Shown piece by piece: positions 53,223-61,214 of a stretch of DNA of 64,000 bases. A model generated the notes under the pieces. That model worked only from the letters and a program-made list of their open reading frames with translations, made no database searches and had not been told where the DNA came from. The DNA is from Dehalococcoidia bacterium. Its GTDB lineage: Bacteria > Chloroflexota > Dehalococcoidia > Dehalococcoidales > BS750m-G39. Within the stretch, counting starts at the first letter, position 1, and each line of letters starts with the position of its first letter. Made by a program: the position numbers and the translations under genes. The stretch covers positions 817 to 64,816 of the forward strand of contig JAUWIX010000002.1 of assembly GCA_030608005.1 (NCBI GenBank). The letters are read 5' to 3'.

Positions 53223-53545
53223 TTCCCACCCTCCCACCCACCCATGGGAGCTTGGCTCACCAGCCTCAGGGAGTGGGTGGGTGGGAAAAAATAAATTGAT
53301 AAACAACCTCTCCCAATTAATATAAGTATAGCACAAATCTGAATGGGTATCTGGTTATGGGGAGTTTAGGAGAGGCTATGTCCCCAGCCCCTCCCTATTT
53401 TTATAGCTCTTTCTTCCCACCCACCCGCCCTCGGGGGCTTCGCCCCCAATCTCCCGCTTTATCGGGGTGTCTAAGAGGGGGCAAAGCCCCCTCTTTTCAA
53501 AAAACCTTCCCCCTCTCCAAGAGTGGAGAGGGGGATTAAGAGGGT
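53223..53545. repeat. Dense array of GC-rich hairpin repeat modules
   Basis: The long palindrome ttcccaccctcccacccaccc...gggtgggtgggtgggaa is at 53223-53287. A T3-like segment is ataaattgataaacaacct. Three further modules (cttcccacccaccc, ggggtgtctaagagggggcaaagccccctctt, ccttccccctctccaagagtggagagggggatt) lie at 53411-53540. Confidence 0.8.
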
Positions 53546-53566
53546 AAGGTTGATATAAATAATCTG

Positions 53567-53575
53567 TGGTATAAT
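53567..53575 (+). promoter_or_regulatory. Extended -10 promoter (TGGTATAAT) upstream of rsfS
   Basis: It has a TGn motif plus a perfect TATAAT, about 34 nt upstream of the proposed start. Confidence 0.4.
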
Positions 53576-53608
53576 ATTAAGTGAGCTTTAGTGCACGGAG
53601 GCTAGTTT

Positions 53609-53953
53609 CTGGAAGCGATAGAAGCAGCGCGCAAGGTGGTAGAGGCAGCCAGCGATAAGCAGGCAGGCAATATCGTGTTGCTGGATGCCCGGGGGGTGTG
53701 TAGCTTTGCCGACTATTTCGTAATATGTAGTGGCGAGTCCGAGAGGCAGATTTCGGCTATCTATGATGAGGTTGGACATAGATTGAAGCGCGAGGGCATC
53801 TTACCTCATCATTATGAAGGGACTATAGACTCCGGGTGGCTTCTGCTTGATTTTGGCGATATTATTGTTCATATCTTTGCTCCCTTTGAGCGGGAATACT
53901 ACCAGCTGGATGAGCTGTGGAGCCAGGCTATCCCGGTGCTCAGGATTCAATAG
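53609..53953 (+). CDS. rsfS: Ribosomal silencing factor RsfS
   Basis: It reads EAASDKQAGNIVLLD...FADYFVICSG.S.RQ..AI...V, typical of RsfS. The CTG at 53609 has the SD GGAGG with a 7-nt spacer, whereas the GTG at 53636 has no SD. Confidence 0.75.
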   Translation: MEAIEAARKVVEAASDKQAGNIVLLDARGVCSFADYFVICSGESERQISAIYDEVGHRLKREGILPHHYEGTIDSGWLLLDFGDIIVHIFAPFEREYYQLDELWSQAIPVLRIQ

Positions 53954-54366
53954 CTGAACATTTCATCCTGGGAGAAGAACAGTTTTATTTCCTCCTCGGC
54001 GGTGGCGGTTGAATCCGAGCCGTGAACGCTGTTTTTCTCAATATCCAAGCCGAAATCACCCCTTATGGTTCCTTTCTCAGCCTGGGCTGGGTCAGTTGCC
54101 CCTATTGCTTTCCTTATCGCCTCCACGGCTTGTTCGCCCTCAAAGACACAGGCAATTATCGGAGCTGAGCTAATATAATTCACCAAGCTATTATAGAAGG
54201 GTTTATCCTTGTGGATGGCGTAGTGTCTTTGGGCTAAGGCTTTATCCGGGTGAAGCATCTTCATTGCCACCAACTTCAGCCCCAGATTCTCCAGACGGGA
54301 GGTAATAGTGCCAGCTAAGCCTCTCTGCATAGCGTCAGGTTTGATTAGAACTAAAGACCTTTCCAT
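53947..54366 (-). CDS. ndk: Nucleoside-diphosphate kinase
   Basis: It reads MERSLVLIKPDAMQRGL and has the active-site motif NSVHGSDS. Confidence 0.9.
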   Translation of the reverse strand: MERSLVLIKPDAMQRGLAGTITSRLENLGLKLVAMKMLHPDKALAQRHYAIHKDKPFYNSLVNYISSAPIIACVFEGEQAVEAIRKAIGATDPAQAEKGTIRGDFGLDIEKNSVHGSDSTATAEEEIKLFFSQDEMFSY

Positions 54367-54414
54367 CTAGGCTCCTTTAGAGAATAATAGGTTATGAGTT
54401 TTTTAGCAACCTAA

Positions 54415-54475
54415 TTCTTCCCACCCTCTGAGGTTAGAGAGCACAGCTCCTAAGGGAGGGTGGGTAGGAACAACC
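54415..54475. repeat. GC-rich hairpin repeat (cccaccctc...gagggtggg subfamily)
   Basis: The arms are at 54419-54427 and 54456-64. The same subfamily occurs at 53223-53287 and 63818-63908. Confidence 0.75.
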
Positions 54476-54549
54476 AAGTAAGTTATGGGGGATGAAGTAG
54501 TCCCTCTATGTTGTTTATACTTACTCCTTCCAGTGTGTCCACGATAAAG

Positions 54550-54654
54550 TCAGCCTCCCTCAAGCTCCTGCCAGGCGCTGAGGTGAAAGGGAGCGGTATC
54601 GGCAATCACTCCATCCATATCCCAGATAACAGCCTTAGTCTCGATTTCAGGCAT
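54550..54654 (-). pseudogene. 34-codon remnant of a HAD-superfamily hydrolase (beta-phosphoglucomutase-like N-terminus)
   Basis: It reads MPEIETKAVIWDMDGVIADTAPFHLSAWQELEGG followed by a stop. This carries HAD motif I (DMDG) but terminates after the first helix. A repeat element lies just downstream. Confidence 0.5.
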
Positions 54655-55108
54655 TGCTTTTTGCCCCTTCCTCCCCTTGATTGAAGATAAACATAGTAGC
54701 TATGCTGTCGGCTACCGGCGTGCCATCCTTGAGTGATATTTCTGCTTTAGCCTGAGCCAGCTTTCTGGTCTTCTTGGTTAAAGATGCGGTGATAATGAGG
54801 GGCTCATCTATCTGGGCTGGGTGTCTAAACCTGGTTTGCATTTTGGCGGTTATGGTATTTACCCCTTCGAATAGGGCGGCGTAGCTCATAGCCTCATCAA
54901 GGAGGCAGCTTATAATTCCGCCGTGAACCAGTCCTGACCAACCTTGATGAAACTCATTGGGGGTAAACTCTGCCCTGGCTGCTTTGCCATCCCAGTCAAA
55001 ATTTAATTTCAAGCCAATGGGGTTTTTCTGCCCGCAGGCAAAACACATGTTGAATTCCTTTTCTATATCAATAGATACTTGGGGCCAGTTTGCCATTTTT
55101 GCCTCCAT
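54647..55108 (-). CDS. PaaI/hotdog-fold acyl-CoA thioesterase
   Basis: It reads CFACGQKNPIGLKL...GLVHGGIISCLLDEAM, typical of PaaI-family thioesterases. Confidence 0.7.
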   Translation of the reverse strand: MEAKMANWPQVSIDIEKEFNMCFACGQKNPIGLKLNFDWDGKAARAEFTPNEFHQGWSGLVHGGIISCLLDEAMSYAALFEGVNTITAKMQTRFRHPAQIDEPLIITASLTKKTRKLAQAKAEISLKDGTPVADSIATMFIFNQGEEGAKSNA

Positions 55109-55116
55109 CCTGATTA

Positions 55117-55791
55117 TTATCGGTGTTTGGGTTGGGTAATTGCTGGTCGTCTGAGGTATAGTGGTTGTAGGGTGGCAGGGTTATCATAATCGCCTGCCTC
55201 AAGCCGCTGCTTTCCCAGCTCAGCCAGTAAGCTGGCTCGCCGCAATTCGGTGGTGGGTATTATTGCTTTTTGCTTGAGATGCTTCCTTAGCTGGCTGGCG
55301 ATAAGCGGCACGAATTCCCCACAGAATATGGTTTTGCTGGTTATCTCTGAGCCTAGAGCTTCAACGGTGGTTATGTGCTCAGCGGCAAGTTGGCACCACT
55401 TATTGTCCTTCTTTTGATATATAGCAGTGGCAATCTCTCCTCTGCCGGCATTGAATATGGGGCAGATAGGTAAACCGGTTTCGGCATACCGGTAGGCTTC
55501 CAACTCCAGGCTGCTGATGCCGATGATGGGGATTCCCAGACTGAAAGCCAACCCCTTGGCAGTGCCGATTCCTACTCGTAATCCATTGAAGCTCCCCGGT
55601 CCTTTAGCCACCATAATACAACTGATAGATTGAAGACCAACCTTGGTCTCATTTAGCAGGCGAGCTAGGTGTGGCAATAGTTCAACGGTATGGTTTTGTC
55701 CACAGCGCCAGGTTGATTCGGCTAGCACTTCGCCATCTTGAACCAGAGCGATGCTGGCGGTATCTGTCGAAGTATCTATTGCTAATAGCAT
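55117..55791 (-). CDS. tsaB: tRNA t6A37 biosynthesis protein TsaB
   Basis: It reads MLLAIDTSTDTASIAL...GPGSFNGLRVGIGTAKGLA. Confidence 0.85.
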   Translation of the reverse strand: MLLAIDTSTDTASIALVQDGEVLAESTWRCGQNHTVELLPHLARLLNETKVGLQSISCIMVAKGPGSFNGLRVGIGTAKGLAFSLGIPIIGISSLELEAYRYAETGLPICPIFNAGRGEIATAIYQKKDNKWCQLAAEHITTVEALGSEITSKTIFCGEFVPLIASQLRKHLKQKAIIPTTELRRASLLAELGKQRLEAGDYDNPATLQPLYLRRPAITQPKHR

Positions 55792-55802
55792 TGTAGCCCT
55801 TT

Positions 55803-56276
55803 CTATGAGTTGAGGAGGTGTTTCAGTTGTGTCACTATTTTGCAGTAGCGTTTGCCTCTGGGCTTGAGTTTAAGGCTGCGCTCGGTATCGGAAAGATAGC
55901 TTATTTCAATTAGCAGGTGCTCTAGTGGCAGCAAAGTCACCCCCTTTTCCGCCCATTCCACTACGCAAACACCATTGCCATATAGATAATCATCCAGACC
56001 GAGCTCAGCAATTTCCTCTAAATGGTCGAGCCGGTAGAAATCTATGTGATATAGCGGCAACCTGCCGTGAAGCTCCCTGATTACCACAAATGAGGGGCTG
56101 ACAGCATATTCCTCAATATTCAGTCCCCAGGCAATGCCTTGAGTGAGGCAGGTCTTTCCCGCTCCCAAGCCTCCCACCAGGAGAAAGTTATCACCCGGCA
56201 GGGCGAGCTCGCCAATACGGACTCCAAATTTCTGGGTCTGTTCCGGGTTATGGCTGATTATCTCAAGGTGGTTCAT
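55803..56276 (-). CDS. tsaE: tRNA t6A37 biosynthesis ATPase TsaE
   Basis: It has the Walker A motif GGLGAGKTCLTQG and SPSF..I..Y....LYH.D.YRL. The ATG at 56276 forms an ATGA overlap with the thiL stop. Confidence 0.8.
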   Translation of the reverse strand: MNHLEIISHNPEQTQKFGVRIGELALPGDNFLLVGGLGAGKTCLTQGIAWGLNIEEYAVSPSFVVIRELHGRLPLYHIDFYRLDHLEEIAELGLDDYLYGNGVCVVEWAEKGVTLLPLEHLLIEISYLSDTERSLKLKPRGKRYCKIVTQLKHLLNS

Positions 56277-57265
56277 CTTGTAATAAAGTGCTCCCACCCC
56301 ACCTTGCCTAGGTTAAATGGATTTCCCTTGCTGTCAACTAGGGTTACTCCTTCCCTACCAGCCACAATTTCACCGATTACCGTTATCGGGCAGGCGGCTG
56401 CCCTTTTCACCCTATCTATAACCTCAGCCCTTCCAGTAAACAAAAGCTCGTAGTCCTCTCCCCCCGATAGTGCCAGTTCAAGAGATTTCTCACTGAACTC
56501 GGCTTTGACCATAGGCTCAATGGGCACCCGGTCAATTTCCACCCGGGCGCTAACCTGACTGCTCTTACATATCTGATTTAGGTCTGAAATCAGACCATCG
56601 CTCAAATCTATAGCTGTTTTTACCCCTTGGTCAGCTAACAGTTGCCCCTCAGCTATTCGGGGATAAGGGTGAAGGGAAGCCCCCTTAAAACAGGCAGTGG
56701 CTTGAGGGTCAAATTGAAGCTTTTTGGTGAGCATTTCCAGTCCAGCGGCGGCAGCCCCCAGCCCCCCAGTAACCGCTACTAGCTCTCCTGGCTTGGCGGC
56801 GGAGCGGGTGAGTATATGCTCGCCCCGATTTTTGGTGTTGCCTAGAATGGTAATAGTAATAGCGACCAAAGGGGCGCGGCTAATATCTCCACCAATTATG
56901 GCTACTCCATATTGCCTCGCCAGCTCAAGCATCCCGGTGTAGAGGGCGGTAACATCGTCCACTTCTGTATCCTTGGGCAAAGCTAATGACACCAAGGCAT
57001 ATCTGGGCAATCCACCCATAGCGGCAATATCGCTCAGGTTGACTGCCAGTGCTTTCCAGCCCAGTTCCTGCCAAGAAGCGGTGCCTGAGGGGAAATGGAC
57101 ATCCTGAATGAAGGAATCGACGGTAGCTAGTTGTATTGAGGTATCACCTTGCCAAGCAGCAGCATCATCACCGATACCAATCAGGAGATGCTCGTCCCGT
57201 GAAGCACCAACCATCCTGGCCAGGAGGTCAATCAGTCCAAATTCCCCCAGCTCCGAGACCTTCAT
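56273..57265 (-). CDS. thiL: Thiamine-monophosphate kinase
   Basis: It reads GEFGLIDLL...IGIGDDAA...DVHF...GWKALAVNLSDIAAMGG and has the AIR-synthase-like fold. Confidence 0.85.
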   Translation of the reverse strand: MKVSELGEFGLIDLLARMVGASRDEHLLIGIGDDAAAWQGDTSIQLATVDSFIQDVHFPSGTASWQELGWKALAVNLSDIAAMGGLPRYALVSLALPKDTEVDDVTALYTGMLELARQYGVAIIGGDISRAPLVAITITILGNTKNRGEHILTRSAAKPGELVAVTGGLGAAAAGLEMLTKKLQFDPQATACFKGASLHPYPRIAEGQLLADQGVKTAIDLSDGLISDLNQICKSSQVSARVEIDRVPIEPMVKAEFSEKSLELALSGGEDYELLFTGRAEVIDRVKRAAACPITVIGEIVAGREGVTLVDSKGNPFNLGKVGWEHFITR

Positions 57266-57325
57266 GGCAAAATTATAGCATGCCTATATCTGGGTCACAA
57301 CTTAGCGCACTCTTTCAGTACCTCA

Positions 57326-57590
57326 GTGGCACCTCAACTTTCTGCATCTCACCTCCTTCATTTACTTAGCAACCCTCCCCCTTTGTCCCCCTCCCTTAGG
57401 TAAAGGAGGGGGAATTAGTTGTGTAAGAGAGGCGAAGCCTCTCTTTGACTCTCTATTCTCTGTGGTGTTTAAGAGGGGCGCTAGCCCCTCTTAACAAAAT
57501 CTTCCCCCTTCCCCTCCAGGGGAAGGGGGTCAGGGGATGGGGTCAATGCCTGCAGAGAAACGAAACATAATAATCTGCGCCACTAATCTA
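57326..57590 (+). mobile_element. Degenerate MITE-like mosaic element (T2-like end, five hairpin modules, T1-like end)
   Basis: One end, gtggcacctcaactttctgcatctcacctcc, is T2-like. The hairpins include ccctcccttaggtaaaggaggg, aagagaggcgaagcctctctt, aagaggggcgctagcccctctt and ccttcccctccaggggaaggg. The other end, ggtcaatgcctgcagagaaacgaaacataataatctg, is T1-like in reverse complement. Confidence 0.7.
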
Positions 57591-57650
57591 TAACAGTCAC
57601 AACTTACCTCTAGCCATATGGCAAAAAAACTGGTATAGTGTTTGGTAAAC

Positions 57651-58385
57651 ATGCGTTATGCCATTATTGCTGATATTCATGCCAATCTAGCAGCTTTCCT
57701 GGCGGTGCTGGTTGATATTCAGCATAGGGGAGAGGTGGAGGAGGTGTGGTGTTTGGGAGATATTGTTGGCTACGGACCAGACCCACACCAGTGCATTGAA
57801 CTCTTACGCCAGACTAACCATATTTGTGTGGCTGGGAATCACGACCTGGCAGCAATAGGCAAAATAGATACTTCTGAATTTAACCCCGATGCTGCCGCCG
57901 CCTGTCAATGGACAGCAAAGCAATTAACCCCGCGGGATATAGACTATCTTAATGGTCTGCTACTGGTTATTGAGAGGGGTGATTTTACTCTGGTGCACGG
58001 TAGCCCCAGGGAGCCCATCTGGGAATATGTCCTGTCAATCAGTGGTGCTAAGGAAAATTTTGCCTACTTTAAGTCAAAGTTTTGCTTAATTGGTCATTCC
58101 CATATGCCTCTAGTGTTTAGGTATGGTGAAACTGGCTCTTGTTCCTTTAACCAATTCTCGACCAATACGGAGCTTGTTCTGGGCAAAGACCGATTGATTA
58201 TCAATCCCGGTGCCGTGGGACAACCTCGAGATGGTGACCCCCGGGCAAGCTATGCTATCTATGATAGCGAAACCGAACAGGTTAAGCTCTACCGTGTCTC
58301 TTATGATATGGGTGTCACTCAAGCCAAGATGGTAGAGCAAAGGTTGCCTATGCGCTTGGTGGCTCGTCTGAGTCATGGTGTATAA
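57651..58385 (+). CDS. Calcineurin-like metallophosphoesterase (YfcE/MJ0936-like)
   Basis: It has IADIHAN, LGDIVGYGP, GNHD and GHSH motifs. Confidence 0.75.
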   Translation: MRYAIIADIHANLAAFLAVLVDIQHRGEVEEVWCLGDIVGYGPDPHQCIELLRQTNHICVAGNHDLAAIGKIDTSEFNPDAAAACQWTAKQLTPRDIDYLNGLLLVIERGDFTLVHGSPREPIWEYVLSISGAKENFAYFKSKFCLIGHSHMPLVFRYGETGSCSFNQFSTNTELVLGKDRLIINPGAVGQPRDGDPRASYAIYDSETEQVKLYRVSYDMGVTQAKMVEQRLPMRLVARLSHGV

Positions 58386-58567
58386 CTGAGTTAAGCCATA
58401 CCCCCTATTGTTGACATGAGGCGGGCTCAGAAGATAAACTTATTATTTGGATTGCCCGAATCGTAGCTTGTGAAAATTCCTAGTGAGGAGGTGGTGAACC
58501 AAGAATAAAGGGTTGGATTTTGCCCCTCGGATTAATTAACAGATTGTAGAGTGAGGAGGTAAAGGAT

Positions 58568-59641
58568 ATGGCAAAAATACCTGACAAAATTGAAACCTGG
58601 CAGATGGTAGAGCCTGGCAAGTTGGCTAGAGCAAGTGTTGATGTCCCTGAGCTAAAGGCTGGTGAGGTGTTGGTTGAGATTGCTGGCTGTGGGGTATGCC
58701 ATACTGACCTGGGCTTTTTTTATGATGGCGTGCCCACGGTAAGTAAACCACCGCTCACCCTGGGGCATGAAATCAGTGGCATGGTAATAGCTGGTGATGA
58801 TAAGTGGCTGGGCAAGGAGGTGATTATCCCGGCGGTGATGCCGTGCAATAATTGCCCCATTTGCGCTGCCGGTAGAGGCAATCGCTGCCTGGCACAGAAG
58901 ATGCCGGGGAATAGCATGGGGATTTACGGCGGCAATTCCAGCCATATTGTCGTCCCTGCTCAAGATTTGTGTGAGATTCCGGATAAGAAAGGGATACCTC
59001 TTTCTCATTTCGCCGTGATTGCCGATGCGGCAACCTCACCCTATCAGGCAGCGATGAGGGCTGAGGTTAAACCCGGGGATTTAGCCATCATTGTTGGGGC
59101 TACCGGTGGACTGGGTGTATATGCCACTCAGATTTGCTCGGCATTAGGTGCCAAAGAGGTGATTGGTATTGCCCGAAACCCGGAGAAGCTGAAGAGAGCC
59201 CTAGACTTTGGAGCTACCCATGTTATTAGCTCGATAGATAAGAGTCCCAGGGATATTAGGGACGAATTTCGCAGTTATTGTAAGGAGAAGGGTCTGCCTA
59301 CAAACTACGGTTGGAAGATTTTTGAGTGGACTGGTATGCCGGCTGGTCAGGCAATTGCTCTGGAGCTACTATCATTTATCGGCAAACTGGTGATATGTGG
59401 CTTTGGTATGCAGAAGAACGAATATGCCCTTTCCCGATTGATGGCATTTGACGCTGATATTATGGGCTCATGGGGCTGTCTGCCAAAATACTATCCCGAG
59501 GTTCTTAACATGGTCTTGGATGGTAAGATACAGATAGAGCCTTTTGTCGAGACAAGACCTATGAGCCAGATAAAGGAAGCATATGAGGAAGCTCATGCTA
59601 CCAGCTTGATGAAGAGGATAGTATTGACCCCTGATTTCTGA
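58568..59641 (+). CDS. Zn-dependent medium-chain dehydrogenase, candidate 6-hydroxycyclohex-1-ene-1-carbonyl-CoA dehydrogenase (Had-like)
   Basis: It has GCGVCHTDL, GHEISG and the structural-zinc cluster CNNCPICAAGRGNRC. It is adjacent to a bamA/oah-like gene. Confidence 0.6.
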   Translation: MAKIPDKIETWQMVEPGKLARASVDVPELKAGEVLVEIAGCGVCHTDLGFFYDGVPTVSKPPLTLGHEISGMVIAGDDKWLGKEVIIPAVMPCNNCPICAAGRGNRCLAQKMPGNSMGIYGGNSSHIVVPAQDLCEIPDKKGIPLSHFAVIADAATSPYQAAMRAEVKPGDLAIIVGATGGLGVYATQICSALGAKEVIGIARNPEKLKRALDFGATHVISSIDKSPRDIRDEFRSYCKEKGLPTNYGWKIFEWTGMPAGQAIALELLSFIGKLVICGFGMQKNEYALSRLMAFDADIMGSWGCLPKYYPEVLNMVLDGKIQIEPFVETRPMSQIKEAYEEAHATSLMKRIVLTPDF

Positions 59642-59665
59642 AAATAAAAAAGGAGGTTATTATAA

Positions 59666-60814
59666 ATGGCTTTAGATTGGGTACCAAGAGCACCAAAGGA
59701 TGAGATTTTTAATCATCGGATTACCAGTGACGAGCGTCTTCAACGGACGGAGCCACCACGCACCACCTATGAACTGAAACCGCTGCTTGGCCCAGATGGC
59801 AATCCAGTAAAGGACCTTTATGTTGCCTGGGTTACCCTGGACAATCCAGCGCAGTATAATTCTTATACCCTAGATATGCTCGCTGCTACGGCGGTTGCCT
59901 TTGACAAAGCCTCACACGACCCCAGTGTGGTTTGTGTTGTTTTTACCGGCGCTGGCGATAGAGCCTTCTGCACTGGCGGTAATGTTCCCGAGTATTCTGA
60001 GCATTATGTGATGAGACCGATGGACTGCCAGGAATATATGTCAGTCTATTGGCGTGTCTTTGATACGGTATGGACTTCGCCCAAGCCTTTTATTCGCCGC
60101 TGTAATGGCATGAGCATTGGCGGCGGCGAGGAGATAGGCGGTGTTTGCGATTTAACTATTGCTTCTGACCTAGCTACCTTTGGTCAGGTGGGACCGCTTC
60201 ACGGTTCAACAGCTATGGGTGGCGCCTGTCAGTTCAAGTCTGCTGAAATGACCATACAGGATGCTATGTGGAATGCCGTTTCCTGCGAGCAGTGGAGCGC
60301 CTACAAGATGTTTCGCAAGAACTATATCCATAAGGTAGTGCCGGTTCTCAAACAGGATGGTAAGTTCATTCGGAATCCAGAGGTCATCACCGATGAGTGG
60401 ATTGGGGATGGCGAGATTGTCTATGGTGAGTTCAAGGCTCGCGAGGAGAGAAAACAAGCCAGGGAATTGGTCAAGTCATTGCCCAAGGATTTGTCCTTGC
60501 TGGATAAGGCGTGCATGGATATGGCCTGGACATTTGCCAATCTGTATCCCCAGCAGGTTGCCGTGTCATACGCCTTGCTGAGAGCACAGAAGAAGATAGC
60601 CTATGAGAGAACCAAGGCGGAGATAATCTGGTGGTGGGCAGCCAATGCCGGGGCATATGGGGAGTTTGATATGGGTATGAGCGCCTTCAATACCAAGAAG
60701 GTAACCGGTACCACCAACATTGATATCATAAAGCTAAGGCAGATGCTGGCTAAAGGTCATCCCTACGACGAGGAGATGTTTGAAGCGGTTATGCCCAAAC
60801 CCAAGCAGCAATAG
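59666..60814 (+). CDS. bamA: Long (382 aa) crotonase-family protein, candidate 6-oxocyclohex-1-ene-1-carbonyl-CoA hydrolase (BamA/Oah-like)
   Basis: It has a crotonase fold (VVFTGAGDRAFCTGGN). Its unusual length of about 380 aa is characteristic of Oah/BamA. It contains a QYNSYT motif and sits next to a Had-like dehydrogenase. Confidence 0.6.
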   Translation: MALDWVPRAPKDEIFNHRITSDERLQRTEPPRTTYELKPLLGPDGNPVKDLYVAWVTLDNPAQYNSYTLDMLAATAVAFDKASHDPSVVCVVFTGAGDRAFCTGGNVPEYSEHYVMRPMDCQEYMSVYWRVFDTVWTSPKPFIRRCNGMSIGGGEEIGGVCDLTIASDLATFGQVGPLHGSTAMGGACQFKSAEMTIQDAMWNAVSCEQWSAYKMFRKNYIHKVVPVLKQDGKFIRNPEVITDEWIGDGEIVYGEFKAREERKQARELVKSLPKDLSLLDKACMDMAWTFANLYPQQVAVSYALLRAQKKIAYERTKAEIIWWWAANAGAYGEFDMGMSAFNTKKVTGTTNIDIIKLRQMLAKGHPYDEEMFEAVMPKPKQQ

Positions 60815-60837
60815 GTCAAGCCCATCAACTTAGTTAT

Positions 60838-60866
60838 AGAAAGCCCGGGGTATACCTGGGCTTTCT
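60838..60866 (+). terminator. Intrinsic terminator-like hairpin after the bamA-like gene
   Basis: The stem agaaagccc/gggctttct is followed by atcttt. Confidence 0.5.
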
Positions 60867-60875
60867 ATCTTTAGC

Positions 60876-60904
60876 TTGACAAAGCGGTGTGCACAGATTA
60901 GCAT
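60876..60904 (+). promoter_or_regulatory. Promoter of SRP RNA (TTGACA-17-TAGCAT)
   Basis: The -35 is at 60876-60881 and the -10 at 60899-60904. The predicted TSS coincides with the 5' strand of the closing helix. Confidence 0.5.
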
Positions 60905-60910
60905 TTCACT

Positions 60911-61180
60911 GAGGTCGTGCTAGATGGGGAGCTAGCGGTGCCCTGAACTCGCAATCCGCTATAGCGGGGTTGAATTCCTGCTTGAGGCCTTTGTCTGGTG
61001 GGACTACTTGGGTTAAGTGGTGTTGAAGGCTGGGTCCTACGCGGCAGAGCCCTATGAACCCCGTCAGGTCTGAGAGGAAGCAGCGGTAAATAGGAGCCCT
61101 GGGTGCCGTAGGGCTACCTGGTTGGAGCTGGCTGGCTCAGGCAAGCTATGAGGCGAGGTCGAGGGCGGGTGCACGACCTC
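60911..61180 (+). ncRNA. ffs: Signal recognition particle RNA, long (Bacillus/archaeal-type, Alu-domain-containing) form
   Basis: Domain IV is GUCAGGUCU-GAGA-GGAAGCAGC (GNRA tetraloop plus a symmetric loop). The 5' gaggtcgtgc (60911-60920) pairs with the 3' gcacgacctc (61171-61180). The length is about 270 nt, and there are 5' hairpins with GGUGCC/GCAAUCC loops. Confidence 0.8.
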
Positions 61181-61214
61181 AAAGCTTATTATTTCCAGGA
61201 GGTGGCTGCTCTCA

